Below are positions 35,688 through 45,144 of a stretch of 64,000 bases of DNA, one piece after another. Each line of letters opens with the position of its first letter. Position 1 is the first letter of the stretch. The translations under genes and the position numbers were made by a program. The notes under the pieces were generated by a model. That model saw nothing but the letters and a program-made list of their open reading frames with translations, was not told the origin of the DNA and did not search any database. Location of the stretch: positions 22,874 to 86,873 of the forward strand of contig CALVAA010000008.1 of assembly GCA_944325315.1 (NCBI GenBank). Reading direction: 5' to 3'. Source of the DNA: Candidatus Gastranaerophilales bacterium. Lineage in GTDB: Bacteria; Cyanobacteriota; Vampirovibrionia; Gastranaerophilales; Gastranaerophilaceae.

Positions 35688-38003
35688 ATGACTCAAGGCT
35701 TTTTTCAATTTAATGATTCCATTATAAATCAAATCTTAAATTTTGTCACATCCTCTTTTGACTTACTCTTTATGAGCGGTGAAAAAGGAACATCAAAAAG
35801 CGAGATAATGGAAAAAGTGTCTTCTAATCTAAGCGAGAACAATTTGGTATTTACGCATTTTTGTTTTGAAAACACGGTAATCGACGATTTTTTGTTAAAT
35901 TTTTATGATGCCTTGAGAAGCTTTTCTCTGGCTTCTAAAATATCTTTGAAAAAATTTGCAACAAACAATTTTAAAGAAAAAGTAAGTCATTATTTTAAAA
36001 CAATTGATGCCAATTGCGTTATAATAATCGAAAATTTTGAAAAAATAGACACAAATGTTGAAATAGTTGATTTTTTATCTTATCTTGCAGGGTATAAAAA
36101 CGTTAAAATAATTATTTGCACAAGGAACAAAGACAGAAACCTTTTCCGTTTTAAAAAAATAAGAATGCAAACTATTAATCTTAATCAAATTGAAAAAAAT
36201 GAATTCAATTCACATTTAAGCATATTACTTGGTCCTGTTGAAAGTGAGGTTAAAGAAAAATTTTACGAAATAACATCAGGCCTGGAACTTTATCTGAAAA
36301 TGAGCATTAAATACTGTAATACAACAGACACTTCAATAAAAGATTTAATTGCGGAATTTGAAAGAAAAAATATGTCTTTTGAAGAATTTTTAGTTTTAAA
36401 ATTCACTTCTTTAACACCAAGTGCTTATCAAAATATTTTCAAAATACTTTGTATGTTGGATCATCCCGTAAGTATAAATTTTCTTAACGCATACAAATTA
36501 GGAGATATCAGTCATATCGAATATCTTGAAAAAAACTTTTTGATCAATACCTTCGGAAGCGAAATATATGTCAAGGATTATTTTAGAAAACACATTGTAA
36601 AAACTTTTTCAATTCAGGAAAAAATTAACTACTGCAAAAAATTAAATTCAATATACGAAAATGAACTGACAAAAAGCCCCAAAGACAGGCTTTTAAGGCT
36701 TTCAAGAGAATCTATAAGAAAAGAAATTGACCGGTTCAATTCTATTATGCCAAATATCAACTCATCAAAAAGTCAAAACTCATTTTCCTATATAGGCTTT
36801 TCACAAAAACATTGGCACAATAAAGAAGATGAGCAAAAATCAAAACTCACAGAAAAGCTTGCAAAAATTAAAGAAAGAAAAAATTTTCTGGCAAAAGAAA
36901 AAGACAGAATAGTTTTTCCAAAAAAAAGCGAAATATTACAAAAAAATGAAGACAAAGAAATATCCAAACGCTTTATTATAAATCTTATAAATTCTTCAAG
37001 AGACTTAACAAAACAATACCGATACAGAGAATCCATAAAAGAGCTTTTAAGAGCATATGATGAGGATGACAGTGATGAGTTTAAAATTGAAATTTTAACT
37101 TTAATCGCAAAAAACAATGAACATCTAAACGAATACATACTTGCCCAAAAAAATTATGAAGAAGCGCTTGAAATTGCAAACAAAACAAACGACATAAGGA
37201 AATGTGAATTGCAGTTTTTAATTGCAATGACAAATAAGAATCTTTTCAAAATTGACTTAGCAAAAGAAGATTTTCATCAAATTGCGTACAACAAAAGCAA
37301 CCCTGTAAGCTACAGGGCAAAAGCATACATTGAACTTGGCGAAATTGAACAGGCAGATTCAAAAACAGATGCCGCAATTAAATGTTATAAAAATGCTGTT
37401 TCTTTGGCCTTAGGAAAAAGCAAAGAATTAGTTTGCCGCTGCTATTATCTTTTAGGGGTGTTGTATGATGAAAACCAACAAATCGAAGAGGCAATTCAAT
37501 ACTATCAAAAAAATTATCTGACAAGTTCCGAACGATATGAAAACAAATACTATTCAGCTTCATGCGTTAATTTAGGCTTAATATATTTCGAACAATCGAA
37601 ATACCGACAAGCAAGCGAAGCTTTTAAACTTGCTCTTTTATACGACAGTGAAAATAATGACTGGGAAAATATGTATATTTCACAAAAAGAGCTGGGGAAA
37701 ATATACCTAATAATTGACCCTACAAGCGCTGTCGGATACTTTAAACAAGCCTTGGACAGTGCGTACAAATTAAATGATATTTTTAAAGCTGCCCTTGTGT
37801 ACTTTGAAGCGGGAGAGCTTCAATACGACAGGGGGCAAGATGAAAAAGCGCTGGAGTGTTTTTTTAATGCAAAAGAAATTCTAAAAAACGACCCCAACGA
37901 TGAAAACATGTCCAGAATAAATTCAAGAATAAAAGATATAGAAGTTCGCCTCGGAAGCACCACCTTTAATTTAATAGCGGAAAAGTATGATAAATCAAAA
38001 TAA
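35688..38003 (+). CDS. P-loop NTPase-like (STAND-type) protein with C-terminal TPR repeats
   Basis: Contains a deviant Walker A (SGEKGTSKSE) and a Walker B-like segment (CVIIIENFE). The C-terminal 330 aa or so hold repeated TPR-like units (AxxxYxxAL..., YYLLGVLY, LGLIYFEQSKYRQASEAFKLAL). The ORF track begins at TTG 35607. Confidence 0.65.
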   Translation: MTQGFFQFNDSIINQILNFVTSSFDLLFMSGEKGTSKSEIMEKVSSNLSENNLVFTHFCFENTVIDDFLLNFYDALRSFSLASKISLKKFATNNFKEKVSHYFKTIDANCVIIIENFEKIDTNVEIVDFLSYLAGYKNVKIIICTRNKDRNLFRFKKIRMQTINLNQIEKNEFNSHLSILLGPVESEVKEKFYEITSGLELYLKMSIKYCNTTDTSIKDLIAEFERKNMSFEEFLVLKFTSLTPSAYQNIFKILCMLDHPVSINFLNAYKLGDISHIEYLEKNFLINTFGSEIYVKDYFRKHIVKTFSIQEKINYCKKLNSIYENELTKSPKDRLLRLSRESIRKEIDRFNSIMPNINSSKSQNSFSYIGFSQKHWHNKEDEQKSKLTEKLAKIKERKNFLAKEKDRIVFPKKSEILQKNEDKEISKRFIINLINSSRDLTKQYRYRESIKELLRAYDEDDSDEFKIEILTLIAKNNEHLNEYILAQKNYEEALEIANKTNDIRKCELQFLIAMTNKNLFKIDLAKEDFHQIAYNKSNPVSYRAKAYIELGEIEQADSKTDAAIKCYKNAVSLALGKSKELVCRCYYLLGVLYDENQQIEEAIQYYQKNYLTSSERYENKYYSASCVNLGLIYFEQSKYRQASEAFKLALLYDSENNDWENMYISQKELGKIYLIIDPTSAVGYFKQALDSAYKLNDIFKAALVYFEAGELQYDRGQDEKALECFFNAKEILKNDPNDENMSRINSRIKDIEVRLGSTTFNLIAEKYDKSK

Positions 38004-38622
38004 TATTGAAATTTTAAAAAACGAACTTAATTTTAATACCAATGACAAGACAAAAGAAAAACTTAATCTTTGGGAAGACTTTTTCGTTGAATACAACTCT
38101 CATACGAACTTAATGAGCAAGAAAGATGTTGACGTTCTTTTTGAAAAACATGTTTTTGATTCACTTGCAATTTTAAAATGGAAAAAATTTAAAAACTTTA
38201 GAAGAATACTGGATGTGGGAACAGGCGGAGGCTTTCCCGGAGTTATACTTGCGATTTGTTTTCCTTCCGTTGAAATTATTGCAAATGATTCAAGGATTAA
38301 GAAGATTAATTTTATTAAAGAAATAAAAGAAAAACTAAAATTAGAAAATTTATCCGTACTTTATTCAAGAATCGAAGATGCCCCCAAACAAAATGCCGAT
38401 TTAATTGTGTCAAGAGCAGTAGGAAAAATGATAAACGTTTATGAGGATTCTAAAAAGCATATTTCATCCAAAGGCAGTTTTTTAATCTACAAATCAAAAC
38501 TAAAAGATGAAGAAATGCAAACATTCAAAGCAAAATATAAAGATGCAAAATTTGAAGTAATACCTTATAAATTACCTTTAAAGGAAAATTACGAAAGAAA
38601 CCTTATTATTCTAAAAAGCTAA
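37987..38622 (+). CDS. rsmG: 16S rRNA (guanine527-N7)-methyltransferase
   Basis: Contains FEKHVFDSL and ILDVGTGGGFPGVILAI, and the 211-aa length is typical of GidB/RsmG. Confidence 0.88.
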   Translation: MINQNNIEILKNELNFNTNDKTKEKLNLWEDFFVEYNSHTNLMSKKDVDVLFEKHVFDSLAILKWKKFKNFRRILDVGTGGGFPGVILAICFPSVEIIANDSRIKKINFIKEIKEKLKLENLSVLYSRIEDAPKQNADLIVSRAVGKMINVYEDSKKHISSKGSFLIYKSKLKDEEMQTFKAKYKDAKFEVIPYKLPLKENYERNLIILKS

Positions 38623-39284
38623 ATACTTTCCCTTACAAGCCTAATCATTTCCACAAAACGTTTTGATAATTCAACTTGCGAAATTCGCATCTGGCGGGCA
38701 ATTTCTGTTTGATTATATCTTCTTATATATCTAAAGGAAAATATTTCCCAATAACGTTTTTTAGGAAATTTTGCATCCACTGCTTTTACTATATGCATCA
38801 ATTTTTCAACAGTGTAGCTTGAAACTCTTTTTTGCGGGCAAAACTCAAGAGGATCTATAAGCATATCCGATAAATCATATTTCTCGCTTCTTTGAATCTC
38901 TTCTTTAAGATTAACTATTTGTTCTTTTGCACTGTACATTCTAAATTCTTCGTCTAAAGAAGCACTGTCATTTAAAGGAGTTTTTTTGATATTTACAATA
39001 TCATCTTTTAATTTTGATTTCTGTTCAATTTGTTTATAAAGCTTTGTTTGATCAAATTTCTGTTTCTCTTTTAAAATTTGATCCATGCAAGAATCACATA
39101 TTAAAAGCAAATGGCGTCTTAACCTTGCTTTATCTCTTATAGCATCCATTAATAAATAAGATTTTTTATACACAGCTTCAAAAAAAAGCTCCATTAGCTC
39201 CTCATTGCCTTTAAACTTGGGGCTTTCTCTGATGATTGACTCAATTAAAACTCTATGGTCATTATTAATTTGCAATTTTTTCAT
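38619..39284 (-). CDS. sigma-70 region-4-like HTH protein (atypical sigma factor or regulator)
   Basis: The C-terminus YWEIFSFRYIRRYNQTEIARQMRISQVELSKRFVEMIRLVRE resembles sigma region 4.2. The rest of the protein does not match regions 2 or 3 clearly. Confidence 0.45.
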   Translation of the reverse strand: MKKLQINNDHRVLIESIIRESPKFKGNEELMELFFEAVYKKSYLLMDAIRDKARLRRHLLLICDSCMDQILKEKQKFDQTKLYKQIEQKSKLKDDIVNIKKTPLNDSASLDEEFRMYSAKEQIVNLKEEIQRSEKYDLSDMLIDPLEFCPQKRVSSYTVEKLMHIVKAVDAKFPKKRYWEIFSFRYIRRYNQTEIARQMRISQVELSKRFVEMIRLVRESI

Positions 39285-39472
39285 TTTACACCAACTGTTA
39301 ATAAAATAGTATTATAAATAATTATATTATGACACTAACTTTACATTTTTTGTAACAATTAATTTAATAAAGTAAGCCGAATTATGTATTTTGTTAATTT
39401 TTTTGGACTTGTATTGATTTAGATATATAATATTATTTAGATATTTATCGCCTTAATTTTGACTTGGAATAA

Positions 39473-41764
39473 ATGGACAAATTTTATATAAAATTAATAA
39501 CTTTATCAGTATTATTGTCTCTATCTTTAGCGCAAAGTGCTTATTGCCTGGATGGAGCGACAACCGTTGGCGTTGAACCCACAAGACAAGCAGGTGTTGA
39601 TATAAAAGAATTTAAAAGAATAAAAAACATTAAATCCATCTTTAAAAGAAACAAGGAAAATAAAGAAGACACAATTCAACAAGAAACCCGAATCCCAACA
39701 GAACAAAATATTGAAAACCCAAGTCAAAAAACAAAAAAGCACAAAAAATTCAAAATGAAAGAAGTCCAACTTGACGATTCTACTTTTTCATCTTTTGAAG
39801 ATGAAGAAAAAGATATGTTTTTGAATCCTCAAGAAAACGAACAACAAACAAACGAAAAAAAAACTAAAAAAGAAAAAAAGAACTTTTTCAACTTTTTTAA
39901 AAAAAAGAAAAAGAACCTACAAGAAGAGTTTCAGCCCGAGTCAATCCAACAAGAAGAAACAATTGAAGATAACTCATACGTTACAAAAGATGAAAATTAT
40001 ACGTATATAAATGATTCAGATCTTGTATATATAAAAGAATTGGAAATATTCGGAAATAATCTTTTGGATATAAACTACATCAAAGAACAGATAAAATCCA
40101 AAGAAGGTTATCAATACATCCGCTCGGATGTTTCAAACGATTTAAGAGCCTTATATAACACGGGCTATTTCACCCAAAATATTCGTGCTTTGCCGATTAA
40201 AATAGACAATAATAACGTCAGATTGAGAATAATTCTTGAAGAAAATCCTCCCGTACTAGGTTTCGGTATTAACGGTAATAAAAGCATTCCTACAAACGAA
40301 ATAATGAATATTTTGGACAGATACATTGGAAAGCCGCAAAATATCCTGAGTATAAACGATGCAATTAATGAAATTCAAGAGCTATATTCATCCAGAGGGT
40401 ATATTCTTGCACGTGTTACTAAAGTTGCGGATGACCCTGACGGATATATTAATATTTTGATAGACGAAGGTATAATCGGGGATATAATTGTTGAAGGAAA
40501 CAACAAAACAAAAGACTTTATTGTAAAAAGAAATATTTTCCTGCAACCTGGCTGCGTGTACAATGAAAACACAATGCGATCGGATATTTTAAGACTAATG
40601 GGCACGCAAGCTTTTAAAGATGTCCAAAGAGAACTTAAAAAAGACGAAAGAACCGGATTGTATGATGTCTATATTGCTCTTGAAGAGCAAAGAACAGGCA
40701 AAATTTCTCTTGGCGTTGGTATAGATTCGGCTTCAGGCTTTTTTGGCTCTGTAGGTTTCGGAGAAAACAATTTCAGAGGACTGGGACAAAAGCTGAATCT
40801 GAACTTGCTTGCAGGTACGGGTGTTTTAATGAATGACAGCTCCATTATTAACAAAGCAAATTTCCAAGGTGAAATCGGCTTTTTAGAACCTATGTTTAAA
40901 AGAGAAAACCAATCATTGGCAATAAGGGGCTTTGCAAGGTACTATGGAAGCTATCAAGTACCCCTTGCAATTGAAAAAAGATTTGGAGCTGAAGCAACCA
41001 TTGCTCGCAAATTTACTACATACAAAAACCTCACGGGACAAATAGGCTTTGGGGTTGAAAGCGTAACATTAGATGAAGGCGACGAGGGCAAAATCAGGGC
41101 AAAATATCTGGAACGCGGTATTTCCTGGGCTAATCGTGACAAAGAACTTGACGGGGGCTTCTTTATTAAGATAACTCCGGCCCTGACCTATGACACAAGA
41201 GACTCTGCAGTTAACGCAAGAAAAGGCGTCTTAGCGAGAATCACATTTGAAGAAAACCTTGGAATCTCAGGTGAAACATTTGGAAAACTACACGGTATGA
41301 TAAGAAAATTTACTCCTGTAGGAAAAAAATCTTCATTTGTCTTAACTGCTAAAGCCGGCGGGAAAATTCACGGAGATATTCCCGAATTTGCTAACTTTGC
41401 CCTTGGCGGCCCTTACACAATTAGAGGTTTTAACATATCAGAAGTCGGTGTAGGTGACGGTTATATGATGGGAAGTGCCGAATATAGAGTACCGATACCA
41501 TTTATCGACAGACTCACCTCAAACTCTTTCTTGAACAATTTAAGACTTGCTGCTTTTGTTGACGCCGGCACATTATTTAACAAATCCATAGGTTCTGAAG
41601 TATACGATAAACCAGGTTATGCAATAACGGCAGGTGTTGGCTTAAGAGTATTTATTCCAGGACTCGGACCAATCAATCTTGATTATGGTATACCATTAAC
41701 AAATACATACGGGGTCGACAGAAAATCCGGCTTCTTCACATTTGGAATGGGAGAAATGTATTAG
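39473..41764 (+). CDS. bamA: outer membrane protein assembly factor BamA/Omp85 family
   Basis: A signal peptide is followed by POTRA-like segments (IKELEIFGNNLLD..., PVLGFGINGNKSIP..., GDIIVEGNNKTKDFIV). The C-terminal bacterial surface-antigen barrel carries GGPYTIRGF and ends ...GFFTFGMGEMY. Confidence 0.88.
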   Translation: MDKFYIKLITLSVLLSLSLAQSAYCLDGATTVGVEPTRQAGVDIKEFKRIKNIKSIFKRNKENKEDTIQQETRIPTEQNIENPSQKTKKHKKFKMKEVQLDDSTFSSFEDEEKDMFLNPQENEQQTNEKKTKKEKKNFFNFFKKKKKNLQEEFQPESIQQEETIEDNSYVTKDENYTYINDSDLVYIKELEIFGNNLLDINYIKEQIKSKEGYQYIRSDVSNDLRALYNTGYFTQNIRALPIKIDNNNVRLRIILEENPPVLGFGINGNKSIPTNEIMNILDRYIGKPQNILSINDAINEIQELYSSRGYILARVTKVADDPDGYINILIDEGIIGDIIVEGNNKTKDFIVKRNIFLQPGCVYNENTMRSDILRLMGTQAFKDVQRELKKDERTGLYDVYIALEEQRTGKISLGVGIDSASGFFGSVGFGENNFRGLGQKLNLNLLAGTGVLMNDSSIINKANFQGEIGFLEPMFKRENQSLAIRGFARYYGSYQVPLAIEKRFGAEATIARKFTTYKNLTGQIGFGVESVTLDEGDEGKIRAKYLERGISWANRDKELDGGFFIKITPALTYDTRDSAVNARKGVLARITFEENLGISGETFGKLHGMIRKFTPVGKKSSFVLTAKAGGKIHGDIPEFANFALGGPYTIRGFNISEVGVGDGYMMGSAEYRVPIPFIDRLTSNSFLNNLRLAAFVDAGTLFNKSIGSEVYDKPGYAITAGVGLRVFIPGLGPINLDYGIPLTNTYGVDRKSGFFTFGMGEMY

Positions 41765-41888
41765 CCTGTATAGTTAAAAAATTTTTCATCTTTTTATATT
41801 ATTTTGCATTGAAAAAATACTAACAAGCATAATACTTTTATACTGAAGTAAAAAATTAATATTATAGCAAAATAGAGAAATGAAGAAC

Positions 41889-41911
41889 AAAAAAAGACCG
41901 TATAAACGGTC
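41889..41911 (-). terminator. rho-independent terminator after the pilMN-pilO operon
   Basis: On the minus strand, GACCGTTTATACGGTC is followed by TTTTTTT. Confidence 0.7.
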
Positions 41912-41937
41912 GGTTATTGTGTAAATATAATAAAAAT

Positions 41938-42513
41938 CTAAATTGTTTTTGTATAAAGTCTTATTTTAAATTTAGTAATAAGTATTGTTTTATCTTTATC
42001 ATAAGGTTCAATATAAACTTCATAAATACTGCTTAAGTATTTTTCTTTTGCAATATTTTTAAAGAAATTTTGAAACTGCATATATGTGCCGACGGTTGTG
42101 AAAGACAATTCACAGGCATTGTAATTTGGCATATTTGTATTTAATATTTTGTCATCAGCCGGGCTGTAGTTATAATCAATGGATCTGATTCTAACCCCGC
42201 TGTTTGTAATATTTGCCAAAATATTTTCAAACATTATCCCAAAAGAAGCTTCAGGACTAAATTGTTGTCCTAAAACCTCATATATTACTTTTCCGCTTGT
42301 AGATTCCTTCTTTTTAGGCTCATTATCAATTTTAGATTGTTTAATTTTTTCTAGTTCCATTTCTTTTGATGCAACCGATTCTTTTTTCTCAGCCACTTGA
42401 GAAAAATTAGTTAATGCCTCACTTGCTGTTGTATAAGCAGCGAAAATACCGCCCAAAAGGGTTAGTATAGCAATTAATATAAAAAGAATATTTTCTTTAA
42501 GCAATCTTTCCAT
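41938..42513 (-). CDS. pilO: PilO-like type IV pilus assembly protein
   Basis: An N-terminal TM helix is followed by a coiled coil and an alpha/beta domain of about 100 aa. The gene sits directly downstream of the PilM-PilN gene. The call rests on architecture and context. Confidence 0.5.
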   Translation of the reverse strand: MERLLKENILFILIAILTLLGGIFAAYTTASEALTNFSQVAEKKESVASKEMELEKIKQSKIDNEPKKKESTSGKVIYEVLGQQFSPEASFGIMFENILANITNSGVRIRSIDYNYSPADDKILNTNMPNYNACELSFTTVGTYMQFQNFFKNIAKEKYLSSIYEVYIEPYDKDKTILITKFKIRLYTKTI

Positions 42514-42522
42514 TATTAGTCC

Positions 42523-44226
42523 TTACTCTGTAGGTGTCATTTGATCTGAAGGTTCATCTATATTTGTTCTGGGAGGACCTCCCAAGATGTTCGATTCGTC
42601 CGGTTCTTCATTTTTAGAATTAGGATCTTTTTCGTTGTTTAATTTTATCATTTGCGTATTAGATATTTCAAAGCTGTATAGCCTGTCTGCGTCTTTATCT
42701 ATTGCCAGACTCGCAATAAATTTTGCAGTGTCTGATTTTTCTCCAGATTCATCCGTCACAACCCTAAGTTCTGTTAATTTAATATCAGAAGCCGGTGATA
42801 CAATTCTTAAATTTTTATAATACTCGTATATATCAACTATATTTTCAGCAACACCTCTTATTGCTATTTGATCTCCTGCTTTATTATAATATTGGGTAAG
42901 CCATACATTCTTTGGAATGTCCTGTGCAATTGAATCATAAAAACTTATTGCAGTAACATTCAGCGCTGCAACTTCGTCAATAATAACATTCATATCAATT
43001 TCTTGTTTATCTTCTTTTTGGGATAATGCCTGAATTTGGTTATCCAAGACTTGTTCTTTTTTACCGAGCTCACTAATCTGCGCCAGCAAAGAGTTATTTG
43101 TAAAGTATGCAACTGCAAATATTGAGCCAAACACTAAAACACATATTGCAGCGACTGATATACAAAGCTTTTGAACAAATGACTGAGTTATTTCAGTTTG
43201 AGCACCCATTATATTTGCGACAAAATATACCCCCTGACTTGCAGCAGGGTCATCAGCCATGGCATTAAGCGTCAAACCAAAGTCGGATTTTGAATTTGCA
43301 GCACCGATAACTGCTAAAGTCATTGATTTTGAATCTTTAAAATCAACGGCATTAACAACTTCCATTAAGGCATTATTTGCGTATCTGTTAGAGTCAATTG
43401 CAATAATTTCTCTATCAAACTGCATTTGTTTTTTAAGAGTTTCAGCATAAATATCATCGGTTTGGCTGACTATATAAAGCCTTGTTGATGAATAATTTGC
43501 TAAAAGCTGCGAAGCGCTTGAAACAATTGCTTGATAGGCCTCCTCCATTGAAAAAGATTTAATGGCAAGAGGAATTTCGCTGCATTCAAGAAGATTCTTA
43601 CCGTCCAACTGGAAAAGAGTATAGCTGTTTGTATTAATCAACATCAATGTCCAAGATGAATCTTCCAATATAACATCATCAATTAATCCGGTTGTATATA
43701 GACCTCTTAAAGTAGCACTGTAAGCGCTTTCTACACCAATTAACTGGAATCCTACATCGTTAATTATTTCTTTTAGTTGTTCAATTACACGTTTTTGAAA
43801 AGGCGAATAGGCAAGCCTTCTGTCTGACCCGTTTGCTGCATTTGCTACATCGCACCATCCGTTTACGGGCTCTTCTCTTTGAAACAAATAAAATTCTTCA
43901 GCTTTTGATTCAAGAGCTGTCTTTATTTCAGCTTGACCAATTCCTGCAGGGAGATCAACAAAATTAAAATAAACATTTGGCAAGACAAGATATGCCATTG
44001 TTTTTGGGCTAATTCCCATTTCGTTCATCAATTGAACAAGTGAAGTTTTAAATTGAACATAGTCTTGTATTTCTCTTGTTGAAAAATTATATTCAACTTT
44101 TTTTCTTCCGTAATTAACAACGCAATTTTTAGCTTTATCTATAATAATTGCTTCAAGACCAATCCCAGGGGTAAGGGCCAGGCCAACAACTTGTTTTTGA
44201 TTTCCAGTAGATAAAAAATTTAACAT
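42523..44226 (-). CDS. pilM: PilM-PilN fusion protein (actin-like ATPase domain, TM helix, PilN-like domain)
   Basis: The N-terminus VVGLALTPGIGLEAIIIDK...YLVLPNVYFNFVDLP resembles PilM. A TM helix (ISVAAICVLVFGSIFAVAYF) lies at about aa 355. It is followed by a coiled coil and IPKNVWLTQYY...IAIRGVA, which resembles PilN. Confidence 0.6.
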   Translation of the reverse strand: MLNFLSTGNQKQVVGLALTPGIGLEAIIIDKAKNCVVNYGRKKVEYNFSTREIQDYVQFKTSLVQLMNEMGISPKTMAYLVLPNVYFNFVDLPAGIGQAEIKTALESKAEEFYLFQREEPVNGWCDVANAANGSDRRLAYSPFQKRVIEQLKEIINDVGFQLIGVESAYSATLRGLYTTGLIDDVILEDSSWTLMLINTNSYTLFQLDGKNLLECSEIPLAIKSFSMEEAYQAIVSSASQLLANYSSTRLYIVSQTDDIYAETLKKQMQFDREIIAIDSNRYANNALMEVVNAVDFKDSKSMTLAVIGAANSKSDFGLTLNAMADDPAASQGVYFVANIMGAQTEITQSFVQKLCISVAAICVLVFGSIFAVAYFTNNSLLAQISELGKKEQVLDNQIQALSQKEDKQEIDMNVIIDEVAALNVTAISFYDSIAQDIPKNVWLTQYYNKAGDQIAIRGVAENIVDIYEYYKNLRIVSPASDIKLTELRVVTDESGEKSDTAKFIASLAIDKDADRLYSFEISNTQMIKLNNEKDPNSKNEEPDESNILGGPPRTNIDEPSDQMTPTE

Positions 44227-44333
44227 CTCTATAAATTCTAAACTTATTCACATCCTATTCTTATTTTATAATACAATAATTAAATCAATAATAATAAAAA
44301 CTTAACAATTTATTACAAAAATAAGGAAGAAAA

Positions 44334-45113
44334 ATGTCTGAAAATTGTCAAAATAACTATATATGGGGCAAAAATCCGGTATATGAAGCGCTTAACAAAA
44401 ATCCCGAAAGAATAAATAAAATCTTTATACAAAAAGATATATCATACGACAACAGGCTCAAAAAAATTATTGAATTAGCAAATTCGAATAAAATTGTTAT
44501 TCAAAAAACAAACCTTTCAAAATTTAAAACAACACAAGAACTCGAAAAAGCAAATTTTCAATGCGTTGTTGCAAGCGTTTCAAGTGTAAATTTTATTGAT
44601 GTTGAAGACTTTATAAATATTAAAAAAGAAGGCTATAAAAAGCTAATAATTCTAGACAGGATTCAAGACCCCCACAACTTTGGAGCAATCATAAGAACGG
44701 CAGTAGCTGCGGGCTTTGACGGAATATTAGTATCAAACCACAGGAGCGCTCCGGTTAATTCTACAGTTGAAAAAATATCCTCAGGCGCTGTTAACCACAT
44801 TCCAATAATAAAAACAACCAGCCTGGTAGCTAGTATTGATTATCTAAAAAAACAAGGCTTCTGGATAATTGCAACCCAAATGCAAGCAAAAGATAATTAT
44901 TATGAAATTGATTACACCGATATGAATTTTGCACTTGTAATGGGTTCAGAGGGTTCGGGAATATCAAAAACCATTCTCAACAAAGCGGATTATATAATAA
45001 AATTGGAATCTGATTTTGAATCACTAAATGTTTCAATCGCAGCAGCAATAATTATGTATGAAGCAAAAAGGCAAATAGCAACTAAAGCAATTTGCGCTAA
45101 GAATGAAAAATAG
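44334..45113 (+). CDS. rlmB: 23S rRNA (guanosine-2'-O)-methyltransferase, TrmH/SpoU family (RlmB-like)
   Basis: Contains the substrate-binding N-terminus IWGKNPVYEAL, plus LDRIQDPHNFGAIIRTA, LVMGSEGSGIS and LNVSIAAAIIMYE. Confidence 0.85.
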   Translation: MSENCQNNYIWGKNPVYEALNKNPERINKIFIQKDISYDNRLKKIIELANSNKIVIQKTNLSKFKTTQELEKANFQCVVASVSSVNFIDVEDFINIKKEGYKKLIILDRIQDPHNFGAIIRTAVAAGFDGILVSNHRSAPVNSTVEKISSGAVNHIPIIKTTSLVASIDYLKKQGFWIIATQMQAKDNYYEIDYTDMNFALVMGSEGSGISKTILNKADYIIKLESDFESLNVSIAAAIIMYEAKRQIATKAICAKNEK

Positions 45114-45144
45114 TGTATAATAGCCTTAGTCAGGGGAGTAAGTT

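Noticed and set aside
39593-39968. Lys/Glu-rich low-complexity stretches (BamA N-terminus, FliH N-terminus 51800-52250, RNase E tail) as a shared mobile or repeat element
   Set aside because: At the nucleotide level these are just A-rich codon runs with no shared repeat unit. Compositional bias of an AT-rich genome explains them.
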